A stretch of 64,000 nt of DNA from Sphyrna mokarran. Taxonomy: Eukaryota. Numbering within the stretch: the first letter of the stretch is position 1; each line of letters begins with the position of its first letter. Positions 63,101 to 64,000 of this stretch are shown here, piece by piece. The DNA is taken from NCBI GenBank assembly GCA_024679065.1, contig JAGIQG010000009.1:99634001-99698000 (forward strand), written 5' to 3'. A program made the translations under genes and the position numbers. The notes under the pieces are model-generated. The model had not been told where the DNA came from. It did not search any database and worked only from the letters and a program-made list of their open reading frames with translations.

Positions 63101-63314
63101 AAATTATGCGGAACGTGAAGAAGATTAGGTTTATCTGTATAGCTCATTAAAAGGAAATAAGTTACAGTTGATAAAATGGACCCCTTGCATTCTGCTTTGC
63201 TACAGTTGATAGTGAATGTCAAAATATTACCGCCAGTCACGAAACTTGTCTTATTCTAGATCCAAGCCATAATTCTGTTACCTTCAGTTGGGGATCGCTT
63301 CAATGTGTCCAATT
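3499..63314 (-). CDS. Partial spliced gene model (5' end outside window): microexon-encoded coiled-coil-like protein, about 210 aa in window
   Basis: 21 AG..GT-bounded exons, lengths multiples of 3, all open in phase 1, plus 2 tentative 3' exons. Joined: xLDTLKRSPTE|EVIKCRKQL|ADKVKQLK|ELKTKYESL|ETLLTDKEK|DSNTYSKQLAEI|ELIEAHDS|EFALQTSQK|KLQKTIRDT|RTNLETKEI|EKRLIEREE|ELDAKCKSD|NDRIAQLRA|VAFTSVNFAR|VEKLLERQKL|SSARAN|TKDITGNQQ|ELRDVAKSLIDC|SAVQT|PEALRK|ENARLRLQI|ESFGFSLTPSVI|RQLISAHCRLPVI*. Confidence 0.7.
4362..4398 (-). CDS. Tentative penultimate exon 37 nt, phase 1-2, ESFGFSLTPSVI(R)
   Basis: cctcccactcttatag|AAAGTT...CATACG|gtgagc. Confidence 0.45.
5180..5480 (-). mobile_element. Degraded CR1 3' tail fragment
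   Basis: gaagcaggggtaggcca...gccattaaataggatcat resembles the reverse of the CR1 tail at 19380-19470. Confidence 0.45.
5896..5922 (-). CDS. Microexon 27 nt, phase 1-1, ENARLRLQI
   Basis: poly-T tract cag|AAAATG...AAATTG|gtgaat. Confidence 0.72.
6178..6195 (-). CDS. Microexon 18 nt, phase 1-1, xEALRK
   Basis: tttatttttcctcag|CGGAGGCACTGAGAAAAG|gtaagg. Confidence 0.75.
6390..6720 (-). mobile_element. Non-LTR retrotransposon 3' end (Rex/Babar-like)
   Basis: tttgatttattatt...tatacagacaaagcata...cttgagtccgttggtac matches, from memory, a common shark LINE tail. Confidence 0.5.
8265..8326. repeat. (GGAT)n/(AGAT)n tetranucleotide repeat
   Basis: gatggatggatggatgg tracts. Confidence 0.85.
9519..9533 (-). 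CDS. Microexon 15 nt, phase 1-1, SAVQT
   Basis: attatcattgcag|GTGCTGTACAAACTC|gtaagt. Confidence 0.55.
9850..10886 (+). mobile_element. 5'-truncated CR1 LINE (RT C-terminus and 3' UTR)
   Basis: VPQASVLGPFLFVIFINNLDEG..KFADDTK; frameshifts; tail ttctatgtctctatgtttcta. Confidence 0.92.
12671..12706 (-). CDS. Microexon 36 nt, phase 1-1, ELRDVAKSLIDC
   Basis: gtttctcttccag|AATTAA...ACTGCA|gtaagc; stops in both other frames. Confidence 0.7.
13904..13930 (-). CDS. Microexon 27 nt, phase 1-1, TKDITGNQQ
   Basis: ttctgcattttcag|CGAAAG...AGCAAG|gtgaat. Confidence 0.68.
15470..17340 (-). mobile_element. Old CR1/L2-group LINE remnants (RT region), with a second overlapping fragment at ~17150-17340
   Basis: Degenerate similarity, from memory, to a common shark LINE (caggtcttgctgcatt, gaagcaactgaagatg, gatgaggtcagg..aacccaaa); no intact ORF. 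Confidence 0.5.
18099..18116 (-). CDS. Microexon 18 nt, phase 1-1, SSARAN
   Basis: ctttattttaaag|GCAGTG...CCAATA|gtaagt. Confidence 0.5.
18890..19470 (+). mobile_element. 5'-truncated CR1 LINE 3' end
   Basis: LVRPQLANCVQFWSPHLRKD..VQRRFTRLIP; tail ttcttatgttcttatgtt. Confidence 0.92.
19560..21565 (+). mobile_element. Degraded CR1 with internal deletion (ORF1 end, EN, jump at ~20700 to RT C-terminus, 3' tail)
   Basis: GEFNLHVDW, PTREQSILDL and GRSDH (EN), then directly QMEYNVAKCEVIHFG; tail cctatgttctta. Confidence 0.8.
21600..21725 (+). mobile_element. tRNA-SINE central fragment (same family as 53130-53455)
   Basis: ctggttcattaatgccctttcg..catcctt shared with 53300-53350. Confidence 0.5.
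21845..22605 (-). mobile_element. 5'-truncated CR1 LINE 3' end
   Basis: IEYKGKEALFQLYK..LETVQ..TRLILEMRSLPCEERVNSLGLY. Confidence 0.85.
22625..22654 (-). CDS. Microexon 30 nt, phase 1-1, VEKLLERQKL
   Basis: ctgctttatgcag|TGGAGA...AACTAA|gtaatg. Confidence 0.65.
   Translation of the reverse strand, partial: WRNCSKGRN
23267..23296 (-). CDS. Microexon 30 nt, phase 1-1, VAFTSVNFAR
   Basis: ctcgttcctgttag|TTGCAT...CTAGAG|gtaaag; a competing internal donor (gtgaat) would give 14 nt. Confidence 0.45.
23930..23956 (-). CDS. Microexon 27 nt, phase 1-1, NDRIAQLRA
   Basis: ttctttatcatatag|ATGACA...GGGCAG|gtatgc. Confidence 0.75.
24572..24695. mobile_element. Short Penelope-derived element with inverted ends
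   Basis: aagtctcacaaaacagattaaag ... ctttaacctggtgttgtgagactt form an imperfect inverted repeat; related one-ended copy at 39360-39480; family assignment from memory. Confidence 0.55.
25758..31535 (+). mobile_element. Degraded Gmr1-type Gypsy LTR retrotransposon (gag/SCAN-like, integrase, RT, RNase H) with diverged LTRs
   Basis: SCAN-like ILKEFGNAFPDVIRTH ~27490; integrase PIPTF..MDCIGLLPKTK ~28670-28740; RT YAIPRLENC ~29950, GMKNSPATF ~30115, VYIGDL ~30190; RNase H TDHNP ~30560; LTR similarity 26164/31216 (ctgatattgaag.gga.ttt) and 26322-26420/31376-31482. Confidence 0.8.
31727..31753 (-). CDS. Microexon 27 nt, phase 1-1, ELDAKCKSD
   Basis: taattaactttag|AGCTGG...CCGACA|gtgagt. Confidence 0.75.
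31880..31906 (-). CDS. Microexon 27 nt, phase 1-1, EKRLIEREE
   Basis: ttcatttgttttag|AAAAGC...AGGAAG|gtaaac. Confidence 0.78.
32245..34418 (+). repeat. Diverged direct repeat pair (~32245-32515 and ~34128-34418)
   Basis: Colinear words attatct, gatcactga.agttg, ttcatgtcttacg, gttcata, gtaataa, ataccatg, ctgtga. Confidence 0.7.
34430..34727 (-). mobile_element. Old tRNA-derived SINE
   Basis: Reverse similarity to 53130-53455 (gagtcacatg, cattag..ttactagt). Confidence 0.5.
36190..36216 (-). CDS. Microexon 27 nt, phase 1-1, RTNLETKEI
   Basis: gttgtatttcag|GAACAA...AAATTG|gtagga. Confidence 0.65.
37150..37455 (+). mobile_element. HE1-like tRNA SINE, degraded
   Basis: gcattgctgcctca..ccaggtttgatt..gactgtctttgtggactttgca resembles the reverse of 42290-42420. 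Confidence 0.6.
38073..38099 (-). CDS. Microexon 27 nt, phase 1-1, (K/E)LQKTIRDT
   Basis: tcatttatttcag|AGTTGC...ACACAA|gtatgt. Confidence 0.72.
38430..39338. mobile_element. About 0.9 kb element with ~140 bp imperfect terminal inverted repeats (putative non-autonomous DNA transposon or foldback)
   Basis: 38430-38570 is the reverse complement of 39199-39338; perfect 21-mer gaaatcctgtttctcatatga at 38491 and 39279. Confidence 0.6.
40078..40337 (+). repeat. 260 bp direct repeat, copy 1 (source)
   Basis: Ungapped alignment to 41942-42201, offset 1864. Confidence 0.92.
40392..40418 (-). CDS. Microexon 27 nt, phase 1-1, EFALQTSQK
   Basis: tttcctcttacag|AATTCG...AGAAAA|gtaaga. Confidence 0.7.
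41886..42423 (-). mobile_element. HE1-like tRNA SINE interrupted by the 260 bp copy (41942-42201)
   Basis: Tail tttatttagtagtcacaag..cactgtaatgaagtta (41886-41942); body cccctagtc..gcagacacggggagaacgtgcaaactccac..aatcgaaccc..gctaaccactgtgc (42210-42423) with reverse A/B boxes. Confidence 0.85.
43289..43515 (+). repeat. Tandem duplication, period 115 bp, two nearly identical copies
   Basis: cagaaaatataagtc...ggaaaatcga at 43289 and 43404; one mismatch seen. Confidence 0.95.
45701..45724 (-). CDS. Microexon 24 nt, phase 1-1, ELIEAHDS
   Basis: ttttctcttccag|AACTGA...ACTCAG|gtaaca. Confidence 0.7.
45827..45862 (-). CDS. Microexon 36 nt (NAGNAG alternative 39 nt), phase 1-1, DSNTYSKQLAEI
   Basis: ttctaacagtag|ATTCTA...AAATCG|gtgagt. 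Confidence 0.6.
46363..46389 (-). CDS. Microexon 27 nt, phase 1-1, ETLLTDKEK
   Basis: tttttttattgggcag|AAACGT...AAAAAG|gtaaga. Confidence 0.72.
47093..47119 (-). CDS. Microexon 27 nt, phase 1-1, ELKTKYESL
   Basis: ttttcctttag|AATTGA...CGTTAG|gtatga. Confidence 0.75.
47690..47960 (+). mobile_element. Penelope-like RT fragment
   Basis: KAAAMGICMFPGSAYFFVGYVQHSL resembles the Penelope RT motif KGVAMGTRMGPSYACLFVGYVE. Confidence 0.65.
48127..48162. repeat. (TA)n microsatellite
   Basis: Pure TA run. Confidence 0.95.
50858..53100 (-). mobile_element. Cluster of degraded CR1 LINE fragments
   Basis: Tail aagaacaaag..cagcacaggaac at 50858-50905; RT motifs PQGSVPG..YDLDVN..FVDDTTI at 51950-52150. 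Confidence 0.7.
53130..53455 (+). mobile_element. tRNA-derived SINE
   Basis: ggtgtaatggtattgtcactggactag head; ctgccgtccttacctggtc..catgtgactccagacc body. Confidence 0.6.
54812..54835 (-). CDS. Microexon 24 nt, phase 1-1, ADKVKQLK
   Basis: ttccgatttatcag|CGGATA...TGAAAG|gtaata. Confidence 0.6.
55351..55377 (-). CDS. Microexon 27 nt, phase 1-1, EVIKCRKQL
   Basis: ctccttttaattcag|AGGTGA...AACTCG|gtaaag. Confidence 0.7.
57491..59972 (-). pseudogene. CR1 ORF2 (APE endonuclease plus RT), disrupted
   Basis: NARSIRNK, ISETW, MGDFN, NYRPVSL, GVPQGSVLGP, KFADDTK, VRPHLEY; split into 4 ORFs by frameshifts/stops. Confidence 0.93.
60084..61007 (-). CDS. CR1 ORF1: zinc finger/leucine zipper plus SGNH (GDSL) esterase
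   Basis: ATG at 61007 MAAQAVRCTSC; LEDRVKELELELEEL; VIGDSIVR, HVGTHD, GLHLN; open for 307 aa. Confidence 0.9.
   Translation of the reverse strand: MAAQAVRCTSCGMYEVRDTSSVPADYTFRKCAHLQLLEDRVKELELELEELRIIREVEEDIGRSNNEIVTPKSDSWVTIRRRGKKQSGRQSPGAVPLQNKFSVLEATVEEESTGDDQREPASGGEPAENAQVGRGNKRLGLVIGDSIVRGTDRRVNSNKSDSGLVCCLPGAGVQDVADRVFKILKGQGSQPQVIVHVGTHDIGRTRERDIKQKFMELGWKLRAKTGRVVISGLLPVPRDSLEKNRERECLNSWLRGWCRREGFRFLNNWDSFWDRWDLYKRGGLHLNQRGTNILGGKFAKAMQGALN
61420..62640 (+). repeat. Diverged direct repeat pair (~61420-61640 and ~62415-62640)
   Basis: Colinear words tgcactg..gcag.ggtacctt, atcagattg, gtcatgaat, aatccca.ttttt, gtccatgg.g.aacaagac. Confidence 0.7.
63282..63314 (-). CDS. Microexon 33 nt, phase 1-1, (E/K/Q)LDTLKRSPTE
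   Basis: ctttgtttacag|AATTGG...CTGAAG|gtaaca. Confidence 0.65.
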
Positions 63315-63429
63315 CTGTAAACAAAGTCAAATCATTCAGCTCTCCCATAATATAGGAAGGACAAGTTGAGTTCAAATTTCTCACATACCTTAATTTCTTT
63401 TAAGGTGACATGTGATCCTTTGCGGTCAT

Positions 63430-64000
63430 TTACAGGAAAGAGGTAGAGAATCTGCTGACTGGTGCAATGAAACTATCCTCTCCCTCAATGTCAACAAAAT
63501 GAAATAGATAATCATCAACTTCAGTAAGCATAGTAGAAGGCATGCGCCTGCCTACATCTATGGAGACGAAGTAGAAATGGTTGAGAACTTCAAGTATTTA
63601 GGTGTCCAGATCACCAACAACCTGTCTGGTCCCTACATGCAGATACTGCAATTAAGAAAGCCCACCAACGCCTCTATTTTCTCAGGGACGAAGGAAATTG
63701 GTATGTCTGCTACAACTCTCACCAACAGAGGCACCGCACAAAGAATATTCATTCTAGATGTATCACAGCTCATGGATGTATCATGACGCCTGCTGTGTCC
63801 AGGACGGCAAGAAAGAACAAAACTGTGCTGTGGCATGTCTTCTGATGTATCCAGAATCACAAGGAACTACAAAGACTCGTGAATGAAGCCGAGCCAGTCA
63901 CAAAAAAACTTCAATTCATTCAGCAGACAGCATAATCAAAGACCTCACACACCGTGGACATTGTCTATTCCATCTTCTTCAGTTGGGAAAAGGATACAGA
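63430..64000 (+). mobile_element. Rex1/Babar-like LINE RT C-terminal fragment (runs off window)
   Basis: YRKEVENL..WCNE..LSLNVNK..VEMVENFKYLGVQITNNLS. Confidence 0.8.

Overview
AT-rich vertebrate genomic DNA. The repeat content (CR1 LINEs with TTCTATG/TTCTTATG tails, HE1-like tRNA SINEs, Penelope and Rex/Babar fragments, a SCAN-containing Gmr1-type LTR element) points to a cartilaginous fish, probably a shark; this is an inference. The long ORFs I can assign to a known protein family are all transposon-derived; the main one is a near full-length CR1 at ~57.1-61.2 kb with an intact esterase ORF1 and a frameshifted ORF2. Reading splice signals by eye shows something the ORF track cannot: a minus-strand gene crossing the whole window as a chain of about 21 symmetric phase-1 microexons (15-36 nt, 11 of them exactly 27 nt). 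They splice into one open, E/K/R/L-rich, coiled-coil-like reading frame of about 210 aa, with a tentative 3' end at ~3.5 kb and the 5' end beyond the right edge. The architecture recalls butyrophilin/chicken-BG cytoplasmic tails but with a 9-residue rather than 7-residue modal exon. Gene identity is not established, and the exon calls come from manual splice-site reading without transcript data. Repeat boundaries are approximate.
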